DNA of 64,000 nt, taken from the NCBI GenBank assembly GCA_041695225.1, contig JBGFRI010000027.1, positions 23,440-87,439 on the forward strand. Reading direction: 5' to 3'. This stretch comes from Deinococcota bacterium (GTDB taxonomy: Bacteria; Deinococcota; Deinococci; Deinococcales; Thermaceae). The notes under the pieces were generated by a model. It was not told where the DNA came from. It saw nothing but the letters and a program-made list of their open reading frames with translations, and ran no database searches. Below are positions 20,766 to 31,504 of this stretch, piece by piece. How positions within the stretch are numbered: the stretch's first letter is position 1; each line of letters starts with the position of its first letter. The position numbers and the translations under genes are program-made.

Positions 20766-21727
20766 AGTCTACCCTCCACACTCATACGCTTTACGATCCA
20801 GGCAGCCAGAAGGTTCATTGCCCCACTCATGATAAAGAGGATAAATCCCAGCGCCAGCAAGGCGCTTAGCTTCAGGTCCATCGCCTCGCCGAACTCGTTA
20901 ATAATTGAAGCCGGAATGGTAGTGGCACTGCCAAAGATGGTAAAAGGCAAGTTGTTGTTGTTACCAATTACCATCACAACGGCCATAGTCTCACCCAGAG
21001 CCCGGGTGAACCCCAGGATTATACCCGCCAGAATACCCCCTTTAGCGTAGGGCAAAACTGCATTTTTGATCACTTCCCACTTGGTGGCACCCAGGGCATA
21101 GGCCGCCTCGCGCTGAGCGCCGGGAACCAGGGCAATGGAGTCTTTGGCCAAACTGGCCGCATAGGGTATTACCATTACAGCAAGGACAATTATCGCGGTG
21201 CTCATGCCAAAGCCAATGGGAGGGCCCAGGATGGCCAGCAGCCAGTCATGCTGGTTTTCCATGGCCCAAATCACGATATTCTGCTGGTAACTACGGAGTA
21301 TTGGGGCCAGTACCAGCAGGCCCCAGAGCCCATAGATTACGCTGGGCAGTGCCGCCAGGAGCTCAAGCGCATACTGGATGGTATTACTCAACCAGCGTGG
21401 AGCATACTCCACCGCATAGATAGCTATCGCGATAGCGGGGAAAAAAGCCAGTATTATAGCAGCCAGACTGGTAATCAGGGTTCCCAGAATAAAAGGCCAG
21501 GCCCCATACACGTTGGCCACTGGGTCCCAGGTAACACCACCCAGAAAGCCCAGCAGACCAAACTGGGCAAAGGCCTGGCTGCCGCCCGCTGCTAGCTGCC
21601 AGCCCATCAAGACGACAATACCTATGATGGTTAGGCCGAACAACAGTAGTACTAGCAGGAAAAGCCGGTCACCAAAGGCCCGGTACAATGGAGAGTGTCT
21701 AGCGCTAAGAAAAGGTTGTGAAGCCAT
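20762..21727 (-). CDS. pstC: Phosphate ABC transporter permease
   Basis: LAALPSVIYGLWG, REAAYALGATKWE and RALGETMAV motifs. Confidence 0.92.
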   Translation of the reverse strand: MASQPFLSARHSPLYRAFGDRLFLLVLLLFGLTIIGIVVLMGWQLAAGGSQAFAQFGLLGFLGGVTWDPVANVYGAWPFILGTLITSLAAIILAFFPAIAIAIYAVEYAPRWLSNTIQYALELLAALPSVIYGLWGLLVLAPILRSYQQNIVIWAMENQHDWLLAILGPPIGFGMSTAIIVLAVMVIPYAASLAKDSIALVPGAQREAAYALGATKWEVIKNAVLPYAKGGILAGIILGFTRALGETMAVVMVIGNNNNLPFTIFGSATTIPASIINEFGEAMDLKLSALLALGFILFIMSGAMNLLAAWIVKRMSVEGRL

Positions 21728-21743
21728 AAGGAGTTCTTCCGAT

Positions 21744-21772
21744 AAAAGGGTGAGGCTGAGAAGCCTCACCCC
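21744..21772 (-). terminator. Stem-loop between pstS and pstC (attenuator/mRNA stabiliser)
   Basis: GGGTGAGGCT-gaga-AGCCTCACCC, a 10-bp stem followed by TTTT on the minus strand. Confidence 0.7.
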
Positions 21773-21787
21773 GTATTATGCTACAGC

Positions 21788-22858
21788 CTAGCGAATAGGA
21801 GCACCGTTGAAGGTCATGGTGTCGACCATGGCCAGAGCGCGGCGGGCCACGTCTGGTGAGAGCCTTACCATATTAGCCCGCTCATTCAGCTCCTGGCCTT
21901 CAGTCAGAATCCAGCGCAGGAAACGCACCAGGGCTCGAGCCTGCTCGATATTACGGGCGGTTACACTCTGCTCCTGGTGAACCAGCAGCCAGGTCATGCC
22001 TACGATCGGGTAACCCTGCGGGTGGGTGGTATTGATAACGTGGCCGGGTAGCCTCAAGTCTGCGGGTATGGTGACACCATCCAGTGCCGCAGTTGCTGCC
22101 GCAAGGGTAGGACGGATCCAGTTGCCGGCCTGGTTGCGCAGGGTAGCAAAGGGCAGGTTGTTTTCCACGGCAAACTTCAGTTCCACGTAGCCGATGGCCC
22201 CAGGGGTCTGGGCCACCATGGCCGCAACCCCAGCGTTACCCCTGCCGCCCAGTGTGGTGAAGGCCGGCCAGTTGACCGAGGTTGCGGCACCTACCCGGGT
22301 TCTCCACTCGGTCGAAATGGCCGAGAGGTAGTTGGTGTAGATCAGAGTAGTACCGGAAGCATCGGAGCGGTGAACTGCCGAGATCATCAGGGTAGGCAGA
22401 CGCACATTGGGGTTAAGGGCCTGGATACGGGGGTCATTCCAGCGCACTATACGGCCCAGCTTGATGGCAGCCAGAGTGTCGGGGTCGAGGCGAATCTCGG
22501 TCTCGCGGGGAAGCATCGGCAGGTTGTAGATCACCACCACCGAGCCCAGTGCAGTGGGAATGTGCAGCGGGGTGGAGCCGGTGGCCGTACGAATAGCGGC
22601 GATTGCTGCATCGGTCAGGGGGGCATCGGTGGCGCCGAACTGCACTACCCGGTCAGTAAACTGGCGGATGCCCGCCCCCGAGCCTACGGCTGCGTAGCTA
22701 ATACGAATGTCTGGATTGGCCCGGTGGAAGTTAGGCAGATAGTACTCGGTGTAAAGCGGTGCAGGAAAAGTTGCTCCCGCACCTGACAGGGTGACTTGCG
22801 CCATGGCTGCGCCTGCAAGGCTTAGCATGGCAGCGGCTACAACTAGCTTCTTTTTCAT
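21788..22858 (-). CDS. pstS: Phosphate ABC transporter substrate-binding protein
   Basis: Signal peptide, GAGATFPAPLY, GSGAG, FGATD, HRSDASGTT and GAIGYVE motifs. Confidence 0.95.
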   Translation of the reverse strand: MKKKLVVAAAMLSLAGAAMAQVTLSGAGATFPAPLYTEYYLPNFHRANPDIRISYAAVGSGAGIRQFTDRVVQFGATDAPLTDAAIAAIRTATGSTPLHIPTALGSVVVIYNLPMLPRETEIRLDPDTLAAIKLGRIVRWNDPRIQALNPNVRLPTLMISAVHRSDASGTTLIYTNYLSAISTEWRTRVGAATSVNWPAFTTLGGRGNAGVAAMVAQTPGAIGYVELKFAVENNLPFATLRNQAGNWIRPTLAAATAALDGVTIPADLRLPGHVINTTHPQGYPIVGMTWLLVHQEQSVTARNIEQARALVRFLRWILTEGQELNERANMVRLSPDVARRALAMVDTMTFNGAPIR

Positions 22859-22926
22859 CTCAGTTTCTCCTTGGTTTCGGTAGCAAGCGGTACAAGTAAC
22901 GCGGTACCACTCTCCGAGGTATAGCT

Positions 22927-22955
22927 TCTCAGGCATGTGTCAGGGGAATGTCAGG
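22927..22955 (-). promoter_or_regulatory. Pho-box-like 11-bp-period direct repeats upstream of pstS
   Basis: TCTCAGG, TGTCAGG and TGTCAGG at 22927, 22938 and 22949 (exact 11-bp spacing). Confidence 0.6.
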
Positions 22956-23534
22956 TACAAGGCAAAAAACTAATGATAGACGGTAGTTTTGCCACTACAG
23001 TGTTTGGCAGAAATTTCACTCTACCAGAAACAGTGGTTAAGGTGATTACCTGGTGGGCAGCACAGTGTGCGGGATTTGTTTCTGCGACTAGCTCAACAGG
23101 CACAGAGCTACCTGGAGATACGAGGGTAGGCATGTCAGCGGCTTTGTAGAGCGGCTGGGGATCACCAAAGCCCAAAAACTTGCACAGGCTCTGGGCAGTT
23201 CAAGTGTAAATTTGGATTCCGGAAAGTGAGAGGATGGAGGTCCAGCCCTCCGCGATGGAAGTATACCGCCGTCTTGAAGTGCTCGAGGTTCCGAAAGCCT
23301 CACACGGTCTTCTTCACCTACCACGTAGTGGCGTTCACTGCCTACAACCCTGCATAGGTGATACTGTGACGAAGGGAAATAAGCACGTTCGGGGGGTGGG
23401 GCCGGCCATGCCACACTTGTCATCGGTAAATCGAGCCCTGACTTCGGCGAAAAATATATCGGAGCGTGAGCTAACAAGATTGATCGCAGCTCTGGACTAC
23501 CCAGATGCCCTCCATCTGGCATATGCTGCTGCCG

Positions 23535-24089
23535 ATGCAGTGGAGTGGGGCTATTTTGGCGGGGGGGCAGTCCAGCCGGTTTGGGCAAGACAAAGCGCTG
23601 TATGTTTACCGGGGCAAGCCCCTGATTGTTTGGGCGATGGATTCGCTGGCCGAGGCCACAGAGCGTTTTGTGGTATCCAATCGGGACTATCCTGGGCTAG
23701 GGCAGGTTTATCACGACCTAAAGCTGGGCGGGGATACTTTGTCAGGGCTGCATGCGGCCCTGGTTCACGCTAAGCAGGACTGGGTGGCCGTGGCAGGCTG
23801 TGACCAACCCTTCTTAAGCAAGGAGTTCTGGCGGTTTATGCTCTGCCACATTACCCCAGATACCAAAGCAGTGGTGGCTGCTTCGGGGGATTTCTTTGAA
23901 CCACTGGGGGGGCTTTACCATAAGTCCCTCGAGCCCGAAGTTTTGCGCCGCCTCGAGGCCGGTCAGTTCAAAGTACAGGCAGTCTTGCGCAGTATCCCAC
24001 ATGTAGCACTGGACAAGGCCGAGCTGGAAGCCCGTTTTGGGCCATACTTATTTCTAAACGCCAACCACCCCGGTGACCTGCCTTCGTGA
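23535..24089 (+). CDS. mobA: Molybdenum cofactor guanylyltransferase
   Basis: AILAGGQSSRFGQDKA, GCDQPF, EPLGGLY and FLNANHPGD motifs. Confidence 0.88.
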   Translation: MQWSGAILAGGQSSRFGQDKALYVYRGKPLIVWAMDSLAEATERFVVSNRDYPGLGQVYHDLKLGGDTLSGLHAALVHAKQDWVAVAGCDQPFLSKEFWRFMLCHITPDTKAVVAASGDFFEPLGGLYHKSLEPEVLRRLEAGQFKVQAVLRSIPHVALDKAELEARFGPYLFLNANHPGDLPS

Positions 24090-24107
24090 CTGCCCCGGCT
24101 GGCAAAT

Positions 24108-24393
24108 AAGGTCTTAGGTCTCAAGTCCCAGGTCGCAGGTCTCAAGTCCCAGGTCGCAGGTGGCAAGTCGCAGGTCCAGGGTCGGACCGGGGCTGGGATG
24201 GTTTACTAGTGTCGCATGCCTAAGGTCGAAGGTCTGCCACGGTCTTGCCTTTTGGCTTTCGACCTTCGTCGTTAGACCTTCGACCAAGCGCGCAAGCGCT
24301 TGCTCCGCCTCCACCAAGACTCCCAGCTTTTTACTCCCTGCCCTCGACTCTCGACCCTCGACACTTTCCTTCTTGCCTTCGCCTTTCGCCTCT
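24108..24393. repeat. 7-bp tandem repeats plus one copy of the ~110-bp heptamer element (minus orientation)
   Basis: (AGGTCGC/AGGTCTC/AAGTCCC)n at 24108-24180, element at about 24205-24303, then (CTCGACY)n and (TTCGCCT)n. Confidence 0.85.
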
Positions 24394-24494
24394 AACATGG
24401 GGTCATTTTGTTGATGTAATCTTGCTGCCAGACCATTGGCTCTCACCTTTTACCGATATTGTGCTTCTCACCCAAACCTGTACAATGAAGCGCT

Positions 24495-25541
24495 ATGGCC
24501 GGGTTGTTCTCGTTTCGCGGTGAAGATGTGGGTATTGACCTGGGCACCGCATCGGTGCTCATTTATGTGCGTGGCAAGGGTATTGTGCTGCGTGAACCTT
24601 CGGTTATTGCCATGGTCAGCGAGACCAAGGAGGTCAAGGCCGTTGGGGCCGAGGCCTACCGAATGCTTGGCCGCACCCCTGGCAACATCGTGGCAGCCCG
24701 CCCCCTCAAGGATGGGGTAATTGCCGACTATACCCTGACCGAGCGGATGCTTACCCTGTTTATCAGAAAAGTCCTGCCCCCATTGCGTTTTTTTCGCCCG
24801 CAAGTGATGGTTGGGGTACCCTCGGGCGTGACCGAGGTCGAACGGCGTGCGGTGGTGCAGGCGATTGTGGAAGCCGGCGCCAAACGGGCATATCTGATTG
24901 ATGAACCCCTGGCTGCGGCCATTGGGGCTGGCATCAAGATTGCCGAGCCTACCGGAAGCATGGTAGTGGACATCGGGGGAGGTTCCAGCGATATTGCGGT
25001 TATTTCGCTGGGGGGTATTGTTCGTTCGATCAGCCTGCGTATTGCTGGCAACGAGTTTGATGAGTCCATCATTCGCTTCATTCGCAACAAGTACAGTCTG
25101 ATGATCGGCGAGCGCACGGCCGAGGAGCTCAAAATCAAGATTGGGGCTGCCAAGCGCACGCCGGGCGAGCAGGATGCACTGGCCGAGGTGCGGGGGCGCG
25201 ACCTGATTACGGGGCTGCCCAAGAGCGTCGAGGTGAGCACCGATGATGTGGTAGAAGCCCTCAAGGAGCCCCTGGAGAAGATAGTTCAGGGAGTGAGGAG
25301 TGTGCTCGAGACTACCCCTCCCGAGCTGGTGGCCGACATCATTGACCGGGGCATCTTGCTTACCGGCGGGGGCGCTCTGCTGCGCAACCTGGATCTGCTG
25401 CTGCAGGAGGCTACCGGGGTGCCGGTGGTGGTGGCTGAAAATGCGGTGGAGGCCGTTGTGCTGGGTACTGGCCGGGCGCTGGACATGCTGCATGTGCTGC
25501 GCGATGCGCTGGTGACATCGGACAATGTGCTCAGGCGCTAG
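24495..25541 (+). CDS. mreB: Rod shape-determining protein MreB
   Basis: GIDLGTA, EPSVIA, PLKDGVIAD, VVDIGGG and LTGGGALL motifs. Confidence 0.96.
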   Translation: MAGLFSFRGEDVGIDLGTASVLIYVRGKGIVLREPSVIAMVSETKEVKAVGAEAYRMLGRTPGNIVAARPLKDGVIADYTLTERMLTLFIRKVLPPLRFFRPQVMVGVPSGVTEVERRAVVQAIVEAGAKRAYLIDEPLAAAIGAGIKIAEPTGSMVVDIGGGSSDIAVISLGGIVRSISLRIAGNEFDESIIRFIRNKYSLMIGERTAEELKIKIGAAKRTPGEQDALAEVRGRDLITGLPKSVEVSTDDVVEALKEPLEKIVQGVRSVLETTPPELVADIIDRGILLTGGGALLRNLDLLLQEATGVPVVVAENAVEAVVLGTGRALDMLHVLRDALVTSDNVLRR

Positions 25542-25569
25542 CGCGCTGGTTCGTGTTGTGGGTTTGTTT

Positions 25570-25663
25570 AGGGTCAAGAGTCAGGGGTCGAAGGACAAAG
25601 GACGAAGGTCGAAGCAACTGTCTACTATCGACCATAGACTATTGACCATAGACTATCGACCTA
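25570..25663. repeat. Inverted 7-bp tandem repeats
   Basis: (RGGTCRA)n followed by (ATCGACC/ATAGACT)n. Confidence 0.75.
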
Positions 25664-25716
25664 ATGTATGGACTTCGAAACGACCCCGAAACAAGAACCA
25701 GAGGCGAGAACACCCC

Positions 25717-26706
25717 ATGCTGCTTTCTGAAATTGCCCGGCAGATTGGAGGCCGCCTGGAGGGCCCCGATCTGGAAATTGTTCGCCTTAACTCACCCGAC
25801 CAGGCTCGGGCCGGTGAGCTAGCAGTGGTGCGGGAGGACCGGTTTCTCGAGGTGGCCCTGGCCAGTGGTGCGGCCCTGCTGCTGGGCGAGACCAGCTTTT
25901 GCCCAGATACTGTCAGTCGAATTCGCGTTCCTGATGTAGAAAAAGCCTGGCCCGCCATTCTGGCCCTTTTCAACCCGAAAATTAACTGGGCCAGGGTAGG
26001 AATTCATCCAACCGCCACCATTGAAGCCGGGGCCAGGGTAGACCCTACCGCGTCGGTTGGGGCCTACGTCCTGGTCTGCCAGGGGGCCAGCATTGCCGCG
26101 GGTGCGGTAATTGCCCCTTTCTGCTACATTGGCGAAGGGGCAGAAATTGGCCCCCGAACGGTGCTGGAGCCCAGGGTTACCCTCTACCGCAACACCTGCC
26201 TGGGGGCCGACTGCCAGATTGGCGCGGGAGCAGTGCTGGGAGCAGTGGGGTTTGGGTTTCAAGGCCTCCAGCGCCTGCCCCACACCGGCAGGGTGGTGCT
26301 GGAGGACGGGGTGGAGCTGGGAGCGGGCAGCGTGGTGCAGCGCAGTCTGGTGGGAGAGACCCGAATTGGTGCAAACACTAAAATTGGCGATTTAACCGAC
26401 ATTGGCCACAACGTGCAAATTGGCAAGGGTGTAGTTATGGTTGGTAGCAGCGCGATTGGTGGAAGCGCGGTGATCGAAGATGGCGTCTTGATGGGAGGAT
26501 GGGTGGTGCTCTCGGACCATGTGCGGGTGGGCAAGGGCGCCAGGCTGACAGGCGGCAGCGGGATTTCCAAGCATGTTCCACCCGGCGAAACCTGGGCCAG
26601 TGGAATACCCGCGCAGCCCATCCGCAAGCACTGGCGTCGGCTGGCCGTTTTGGACTGGCTGGTGAGCGTCGAGCGCACCTTACGGCAGCTCCTGAAGCAG
26701 CCTTAG
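25717..26706 (+). CDS. lpxD: UDP-3-O-(3-hydroxyacyl)glucosamine N-acyltransferase
   Basis: LpxD N-terminal domain, hexapeptide repeats, GAVGFGF, GRVVLEDGVELGA and IGHNVQIG motifs. Confidence 0.85.
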   Translation: MLLSEIARQIGGRLEGPDLEIVRLNSPDQARAGELAVVREDRFLEVALASGAALLLGETSFCPDTVSRIRVPDVEKAWPAILALFNPKINWARVGIHPTATIEAGARVDPTASVGAYVLVCQGASIAAGAVIAPFCYIGEGAEIGPRTVLEPRVTLYRNTCLGADCQIGAGAVLGAVGFGFQGLQRLPHTGRVVLEDGVELGAGSVVQRSLVGETRIGANTKIGDLTDIGHNVQIGKGVVMVGSSAIGGSAVIEDGVLMGGWVVLSDHVRVGKGARLTGGSGISKHVPPGETWASGIPAQPIRKHWRRLAVLDWLVSVERTLRQLLKQP

Positions 26707-26728
26707 ATGACTTTTTGCTTTAGCTCCC

Positions 26729-27481
26729 ATGACGATTAGCGGTATTGGTCTCCATTCTGGTGAACAGAGTACGGTGCGGTTTCATCCGGCCGAGGGGCCG
26801 GTGCGTTTTCGCGTAGGTGGGCTCGAGTTTCGCCCCCTGGCCTCCAAAGTAGTAGACACCACTCGCTGTACGGTAATTGGCCATAACACTCTCAGACTGA
26901 TGACGGTCGAGCATCTGCTGGCGGCGCTCTACCTCCGTGGAATCTGGGAGGGTCTGGTCATCGAAGTGTCGGGCCCGGAGGTTCCCATTCTGGATGGCAG
27001 CGCCCAGGAGTGGCTGGCGGCCTTGCAGGGCTTCCCGGCACTCGGTCCACAACCTCAGCCCTTGAGCGAAATTACCCGAATTGAGGAGGATCGCAGCAGC
27101 GTGCTGGCCCAGCCAGCCGAGACTTTCTCGCTAAGTGCAACAATTTTTTTCCCGCACCCCAGGATTGGCTATCAGCAGGTGCAGAGCCCCCCCACCAGAC
27201 TAGAAGAGCTTGCCCCGGCGCGCACCTTTGGCTTTTTACATGAGGTTGAGGCTATGCGGGCCAGGGGTCTTATCCGAGGGGCCACGCTGGAGAATGCCCT
27301 GGTCTTTAGCCAGCACGACTTTGTCAATACTCCCCGCATGCTGCACGAGCCGGCCTGGCACAAGGCCCTGGATTTTCTGGGCGATCTGTACCTGGCGGGC
27401 AGGCCCTACCAGGGCGGTTTTGTGGTGCACCGCGGCTCCCACCGGTTGCATGTGGAGCTGGCAAGGCGGTTGCAGGGCTGA
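26729..27481 (+). CDS. lpxC: UDP-3-O-acyl-N-acetylglucosamine deacetylase
   Basis: GIGLHSG, TVEHLLAAL, EVPILDGSA, APARTFGF and HKALD zinc-binding motifs. Confidence 0.9.
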   Translation: MTISGIGLHSGEQSTVRFHPAEGPVRFRVGGLEFRPLASKVVDTTRCTVIGHNTLRLMTVEHLLAALYLRGIWEGLVIEVSGPEVPILDGSAQEWLAALQGFPALGPQPQPLSEITRIEEDRSSVLAQPAETFSLSATIFFPHPRIGYQQVQSPPTRLEELAPARTFGFLHEVEAMRARGLIRGATLENALVFSQHDFVNTPRMLHEPAWHKALDFLGDLYLAGRPYQGGFVVHRGSHRLHVELARRLQG

Positions 27482-27901
27482 AGCAGCACGCTCTGTCCTG
27501 GGTCTTTCAACCGATCCTTACCCCAGGTTCGCAAGGAGCGGGATGAGTTTTTGGACGCCGTGCAGTCGGCCGGTCTGCGCCTTGTCCACGCGCTGGCTCG
27601 GAGCGCCTACGCGGTACAATAGGTACGGGCCATGCTGGGTTTGGAGATAGCCCCACCACCTTCCCCCAAGCCGGTTCATGCCAGCCCCCAACCTCTTCGT
27701 CCCCCATTTGCCCCGAGCGTGTGGCCCCAATGGTCAAGCGAAAGGCCAATCAATGCGAGCACGCGGGAAAGCGCTTTTGGGCTTGTAACTGTTACTAGGA
27801 GTGCAGGGCATTCGTATCCATCGGGGGTAGGACGCCGGGGTAGAGAATATAGGGCCCAGTCCCGCTCAACACAGCTCGAGGTCATCCCCTATAATTGGGC
27901 C

Positions 27902-28084
27902 ATGTCGGTGAAAGAGCGCATGACCGAGATCATCAAGGCTCAGCCGGATGACAGCAGTTTCGAGGAGATTCTGCGTGAATTGGCCTTTGCCCGGATGGTT
28001 GAACTGGGACTAGAAGATTCGAGGGCCGGACGTACCGTATCCACCGAAGAGCTCAAGCAGAAGGCAGCCTTGTGGCGCGGGTAA
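27902..28084 (+). CDS. Putative antitoxin of a RelE/ParE module
   Basis: 60-aa acidic protein overlapping the toxin start. TATAAT 6 nt upstream of the ATG (leaderless). Confidence 0.75.
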   Translation: MSVKERMTEIIKAQPDDSSFEEILRELAFARMVELGLEDSRAGRTVSTEELKQKAALWRG

Positions 28085-28371
28085 ACTGGACGCTCCAGGC
28101 CGAGCGCTGGTTACAGAAGATTCACGGCTACATCGCGGAGCGAAACCCCGAGGCCGCGGCAAAGGTTGTTTTAGACCTGATTCGCCAGGCTGACACGCTG
28201 GCGCTTTTTCCCGAGATGGGGTACAAGTACCGTTCTGAACCGGAAGGTGATATCCGCGTGTTGGTTTACGGCCACTACAAAATTGCCTATCTGCTGAGGT
28301 CGCAGGACGAGGTAGTTGTGCTCGGGATTTTTCATGGGGCGATGGAGATGGATCAATATCTGGATCAGTAG
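28072..28371 (+). CDS. Type II toxin, RelE/ParE family
   Basis: WTLQAERWL..I..YIAERNPEAA...FPEMG...YKIAY...VLGIFHG pattern. Confidence 0.85.
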   Translation: MARVNWTLQAERWLQKIHGYIAERNPEAAAKVVLDLIRQADTLALFPEMGYKYRSEPEGDIRVLVYGHYKIAYLLRSQDEVVVLGIFHGAMEMDQYLDQ

Positions 28372-28539
28372 CGGTCGTCCTTTATATCGATGCTTCTGGA
28401 AGACCTCTCCCGAGTCATCGGGCACGGCTTTTTTGCATCACAGGTTTGCCATTTGATAAAAGTTTTTTATACACTGTAAAAAAAGCACTTCCTTACGTTT
28501 TGCCTGCAAAAAATCTGCTGTAATGTAAGGCCAGTGACA

Positions 28540-28566
28540 AAGGTCGAGGGTCGAGTGTCAAGAGCC
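28540..28566. repeat. Short 7-bp tandem repeat tract
   Basis: AGGTCGA GGGTCGA GTGTCAA GAGCC in the aceE leader. Confidence 0.55.
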
Positions 28567-28675
28567 AGACCAGCCCGGAGCCAGCGGCAGTTGGCAGACG
28601 CTTCAAGGCCCAGTTCCGACCCTAGCCTGATAGCAGCAGACTAACCTACTGTTACGTAACCCCAAGGAGTGGCGA

Positions 28676-31396
28676 ATGGTTGAAGATCGGGAACTAATAG
28701 CAGCTCGAGCCGGGCTATCGGCCGAAGAGCAACTGAGGCTGGAAGACCTCGAGAACCAGGAGTGGCGCGAGAGCCTCGAGTACGTCCTGCGCACCGCCGG
28801 GCGCGACCGGGTGGCGCAGATAATGGAGATGCTCGAAAACCACGCCTACCGCCACGGGGTGGTCATCCAGGACAAGGTCAACACCCCCTATATCAACACC
28901 ATCCCGCGACAAAACCAGCCGCCCTATCCGGGAGACCTGGCCATAGAGCAGCGCATTGCCAACATTCTGCGCTGGAATACCATTGCCATTGTGCAGCAGG
29001 CCAACCTAAAGGCCGATGGCGTTGGCGGGCACATCTCTACCTATGCTAGCATTGCCGAGCTGATGGAGGTAGGCTTCAACCATTTCTTCCGGGGCCAGGA
29101 GTCTTCCGACCACGACAAGGTCTTTTACCAGGGCCATATGTCGCCAGGGGTCTATGCCCGCAGTTTTCTGGAAGGGCGCTTTAGCACCGAAGACCTGGGC
29201 AAGTTCCGCCGCGAGCTACAAGATGGGCCGGGGCGCGGTCTTTCCAGCTACCCCCACCCCTGGCTGATGCCCGACTACTGGGAGTTCCCTACCGTCTCGA
29301 TGGGGCTGGGGCCGCTGCAAGCCATATACCAGGCCCGCTTCATGCGCTACCTGGAAGACCGGGGGCTCAGGCCCAGGTCAGATGCCAAGGTCTGGGCCTT
29401 TCTGGGCGACGGCGAACAGGACGAGGTAGAGACCCTGGGTGGGCTGCGGGTGGCGGCCTACGAGGAGCTGGATAATCTGATTTTTGTGATCAATGCCAAT
29501 TTGCAGCGCCTGGACGGACCGGTGCGCGGCAACTCCAAGGTGATCCAGGAGCTTGAGAGCATCTACCGGGGCAATGGCTGGAATGTAATCAAGCTGGTCT
29601 GGGGCAGCGCCTGGGACGAACTCTTTGCCCGGGATGCCGAGGATGTACTGCTAGAGCGGATGGAGCAACTGGTAGACGGAGAGAGCCAGCGCTACGCGGC
29701 TTATGGCGGTAAGGAGCTGCGCGAGAAGTTCTTCAACACCCCAGCTTTGCAAAAGCTGATCGAGGGCTACTCCGACCAGGACCTAGACCGGCTCACGCGC
29801 TCGCGCGGGGGGCATGACCCAGTTAAAATTTACGCCGCCTACAAGGCTGCGGTGGAGCATCGCGGCTCGCCTACGGTGATTATTGCCCGCTCGATCAAGG
29901 GATATGCTCTGGGGCCAACCGCCCAGGCCAAAAATGTGGCCCACCAGGTCAAAAAGCTCACCCTGGAAGACCTCCGCGAGGCCCGCGACTTCCTGGAAAT
30001 TCCGGTAAAAGACCAGGACCTGGAAAACACCCCTTTCTACCACCCCGGCCCCGACTCGCCAGAGGCGGGCTACATGCTAGCCCGCCGGGCGGATCTGGGT
30101 GGTCTGATACCCGAGCGGAGGGTGCCTGAGTACCGGCTCCATACCCCCGAGCTGTCTTTCTTTGAGGAGTTTCTGACAGGCTCTGGCGGGCGTGAAATCT
30201 CCACCACCATGGCTTTCGTACGGATGCTGGCCAAGCTGGTGCGGCACCCTGAGGTGGGCAAACTCATCGTCCCAATTGTCCCCGACGAGGCCCGCACCTT
30301 TGGCATGGAGGGGGTAATTAGCTCGGTGGGCATCTACTCGCCCAAGGGCCAGCTATACATCCCGGTTGACGCTGGGACTGTTACCGTTTACCGCGAGTCC
30401 CAGACCGGGCAGCTGCTGCAAGAGGGTATCAACGAGGCCGGCGCCATGTGCAGTTTTATTGCTGCTGGTACGGCCTACGCCAACTACGGGGTGCCTGCCA
30501 TCCCCTTCTACATCTACTACTCGATGTTTGGCCTGCAACGGGTGGGCGACCTGGCCTGGGCCGCTGGCGACCAGCGCACTAAGGGCTTCATGATGGGGGC
30601 GACGGCGGGCCGCACCACTCTAAACGGCGAGGGTTTGCAGCACCAGGATGGACACAGCCACATGCAGGCCATTCCCATCCCCAACATGCCTGCCTACGAC
30701 CCCGCCTTCGCCTACGAGCTGGCGGTCATTCTGCAAGACGGCATGAAGCGCATGTACCAGGACGCCGAGGACATTTTTTACTACATCACCCTGATGAACG
30801 AGAACTATGTCCAGCCCGCCATGCCCGAGCCCCGCGAAGAGACCAGACAGGGCATTCTGAAGGGACTTTATCTGTTCAAGCCCAGCGAGCTGAAAAAGCC
30901 AAAGGCCAGGGTACAGCTCCTGGGCAGCGGTACCATTCTGGGCGAGGTGATCAAGGCGGCTGGAATGCTGGAAGAGTATGGCCTGGCAGCCGACGTCTGG
31001 AGCGTGACCAGCTACAAAGCGCTTTACTACGATGCCCTCGAAACGGCCCGCGCCAACCGCCTCAATCCCAATAGCAAGGCCAGGCTTTCCTACGCCGCCC
31101 AGTGTCTCAATCCCACCGAAGGCCCGATTGTGGCCGCCTCGGATTACATGAAGGCACTACCCGATCTGGTCTCGGGCTACCTGGGCCGCCCCATTCATAG
31201 CCTGGGCACCGATGGCTTCGGCCGCTCCGAGACCCGCGAGGCCCTGCGCGACTTCTTTGAAGTAGACGCAAAAAACGTGGTGTTGACAGCTTTATCTGCA
31301 CTGCGCTCAGAGGGCAAGGTCAGTGCCAGCACCCTTACCGAGGCCATCAAAAAACTGGGCTTTGACCCCAGGCGGGAGCATCCGCACAAGCGCTGA
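28676..31396 (+). CDS. aceE: Pyruvate dehydrogenase E1 (homodimeric)
   Basis: [48 protein letters not shown] and GEGLQHQDG motifs. Confidence 0.96.
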   Translation: MVEDRELIAARAGLSAEEQLRLEDLENQEWRESLEYVLRTAGRDRVAQIMEMLENHAYRHGVVIQDKVNTPYINTIPRQNQPPYPGDLAIEQRIANILRWNTIAIVQQANLKADGVGGHISTYASIAELMEVGFNHFFRGQESSDHDKVFYQGHMSPGVYARSFLEGRFSTEDLGKFRRELQDGPGRGLSSYPHPWLMPDYWEFPTVSMGLGPLQAIYQARFMRYLEDRGLRPRSDAKVWAFLGDGEQDEVETLGGLRVAAYEELDNLIFVINANLQRLDGPVRGNSKVIQELESIYRGNGWNVIKLVWGSAWDELFARDAEDVLLERMEQLVDGESQRYAAYGGKELREKFFNTPALQKLIEGYSDQDLDRLTRSRGGHDPVKIYAAYKAAVEHRGSPTVIIARSIKGYALGPTAQAKNVAHQVKKLTLEDLREARDFLEIPVKDQDLENTPFYHPGPDSPEAGYMLARRADLGGLIPERRVPEYRLHTPELSFFEEFLTGSGGREISTTMAFVRMLAKLVRHPEVGKLIVPIVPDEARTFGMEGVISSVGIYSPKGQLYIPVDAGTVTVYRESQTGQLLQEGINEAGAMCSFIAAGTAYANYGVPAIPFYIYYSMFGLQRVGDLAWAAGDQRTKGFMMGATAGRTTLNGEGLQHQDGHSHMQAIPIPNMPAYDPAFAYELAVILQDGMKRMYQDAEDIFYYITLMNENYVQPAMPEPREETRQGILKGLYLFKPSELKKPKARVQLLGSGTILGEVIKAAGMLEEYGLAADVWSVTSYKALYYDALETARANRLNPNSKARLSYAAQCLNPTEGPIVAASDYMKALPDLVSGYLGRPIHSLGTDGFGRSETREALRDFFEVDAKNVVLTALSALRSEGKVSASTLTEAIKKLGFDPRREHPHKR

Positions 31397-31502
31397 TGCG
31401 CTTGGTCGAAGGTCTGAAGACAAAGGTCGAAGGCCAAAACGCGAGACCGTTACCGACCTTCGACTTTCGACCTTAGACCTCCGACATGCGACGATAGGAG
31501 CA
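31397..31502 (+). repeat. ~110-bp heptamer element
   Basis: GCGCTTGGTCGAAGGTC...GGCCAAAA...ACCGT...GACCTTCGAC...GACATGCGACGATAGGAGCA. Confidence 0.85.
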
Positions 31503-31504
31503 TT

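Noticed and set aside
23088..23773. ORFs 23234-23773 (+) and 23088-23588 (-)
   Set aside because: No recognisable motifs, and they overlap mobA. Probably intergenic or decayed sequence.
24114..24446. Small ORFs with DLRP/STFD/VEGRRSK-type peptides in repeat regions
   Set aside because: They are translations of the 7-bp repeats, not genes.
28463..28485. AT-rich imperfect palindrome TTTTTTATACACTGTAAAAAAA upstream of aceE
   Set aside because: It could be an operator or UP element, but it is low complexity and cannot be assigned to a regulator.
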